Source: Octopus sinensis
Taxonomy: Eukaryota
Assembly: GCF_006345805.1 (NCBI RefSeq)
Contig: NC_042998.1
Coordinates: forward strand, 91,822,001 to 91,886,000
Length of the DNA: 64,000 nucleotides
Reading direction: 5' to 3'
The notes below the pieces were generated by a model that saw nothing but the letters and a program-made list of their open reading frames with translations, did no database searches and had not been told where the DNA came from. Position 1 is the stretch's first letter. Each line of letters begins with the position of its first letter. A program made the translations under genes and the position numbers. Positions 62,938-64,000 of this stretch are shown here, piece after piece.

Positions 62938-63170
62938 TCATCATCATTGAACATCTGTTTTATCATGCTGGCATGGGTTGGATCGTTTGCCAGGAGCTAA
63001 TGAGCCAGAGGACTGTGTCAAGTTCTATCTGCTCTGGATTGGTTTCTATGGTTGGATGCCTTTCCTTATGTCAACCACTTTGCAGAGTGTACTTGATTCT
63101 TTTTTATTTGGCACCTGCATGAGTGAAGTCACCTAGTAACTTGCAAGACGACACCTTGACTGAGGTGTAG
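62938..63170 (-). mobile_element. Decayed RTE 3' tail
   Basis: catcatcattgaacatctgttttatcatgctggcatgggttgg...ggatgcctttcctt. Confidence 0.7.
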
Positions 63171-63190
63171 TATTGAGAGAGGTGGCTTTA

Positions 63191-63474
63191 CAAAGTGGTA
63201 TCAAAAAGTTCCTGGACTAGTTATGTTTAATAAAAAATAACTCATTTACCTTTTACCTAAGTTTTAACATCATCTCCTTTGAAATAGTCACCTTGCACAG
63301 CATACATGTGATCACAAAAATTCAAATTTCACAACTTGTGAAGTAAACACAGCAATGTCACTTGGCACAATACCTCACAATGATCACTGCTAGCCTTCAT
63401 TGTGCATGCAACCATGTGCTGCCATCTGTTGGTGCACTACAGAACTAGTCCAGAAATTTTTTGATACCACCTCA
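63191..63474. mobile_element. Mariner-type MITE
   Basis: TIRs gtggtatcaaaaagttcctggactagtt / aactagtccagaaattttttgataccac with TA on both flanks. Confidence 0.85.
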
Positions 63475-63695
63475 TATACCAGATGTTGAAAGGTTTACAA
63501 TATGCTAGAGACATAGAAACAGGTTATTTTTCAGTAGAGGAGATACAGTTGGAAAAAAAGTTTATTAAATTAACAGATTAATTAACATAAACTACAAATG
63601 AGATAAAGCAAAATATCAAGATGAACACTAATGCAGAAACATATCACAATTTGACATGTAAATTCTTGAATTCTATTTTCTTTTTTCTTATTCAG

Positions 63696-63776
63696 AGTGG
63701 ATATGAACAAATTACAAAGAAAACTGAACTACCAACAGAAAATCACAAAGAATACTTAGAAAGAACCAGAAATAAG
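63696..63776 (+). CDS. Post-kinase regulatory-tail exon; gene continues beyond the window
   Basis: ttttttcttattcag|AGT...AAG|gtaatt, 81 nt, phase 0-0. SGYEQITKKTELPTENHKEYLERTRNK. Confidence 0.85.
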
Positions 63777-64000
63777 GTAATTACATATTTTTTTGAATTT
63801 TATATTTTGATGTGTGAAGAGATTTTGAAAGTAATCATTAAAGTAGTTTTGTAAAAAATTATATTTTCAAAATGCCATATAAGTGCATATGTGTATGTGT
63901 GTGTATGCATTTATATATGCATCTCCATATTATTTATTATTTGAAAATACACAAATCCAAATACACTTGTATATATTATGTATGTATGTATGTATGTATG

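Noticed and set aside
62257-63385. Inverted match between 62257-62330 and 63320-63385
   Set aside because: Short, and explained by two fragments of the same mariner-derived repeat.

Overview
AT-rich, intron-dominated animal genomic DNA. The SINE/LINE complement looks like a coleoid cephalopod, probably Octopus (inference, no search run). The main feature is a + strand multi-exon gene of the titin/twitchin/MLCK giant-muscle-protein family. I traced 14 exons by hand (7506-63776), all with GT-AG boundaries and compatible phases. They splice into one open frame of about 903 codons: Fn3-Fn3-Fn3-Ig-Ig-Fn3-linker-Ser/Thr kinase-start of regulatory tail. The frame runs off both window ends. Two further phase-1 exons end in their own stop codons (1279-1886 and 11549-11706), and there are candidate internal start exons (33937, 38596). 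The locus may therefore make kinase-less and kinase-only products, or be two adjacent genes. The introns hold a young 5'-truncated RTE LINE with a PHD finger inside its RT and a 4-fold tandem amplified 3'UTR. One intron holds five same-strand R4/Dong-like retrotransposon fragments stacked at (TAA)n repeats. Also present: Penelope-type hammerhead remnants, two large foldback elements (one with a CpG-rich core carrying NRF1- and ETS-like motifs), many SINEs and MITEs, and very long microsatellites. Most ORF-track entries are microsatellite or SINE artefacts.
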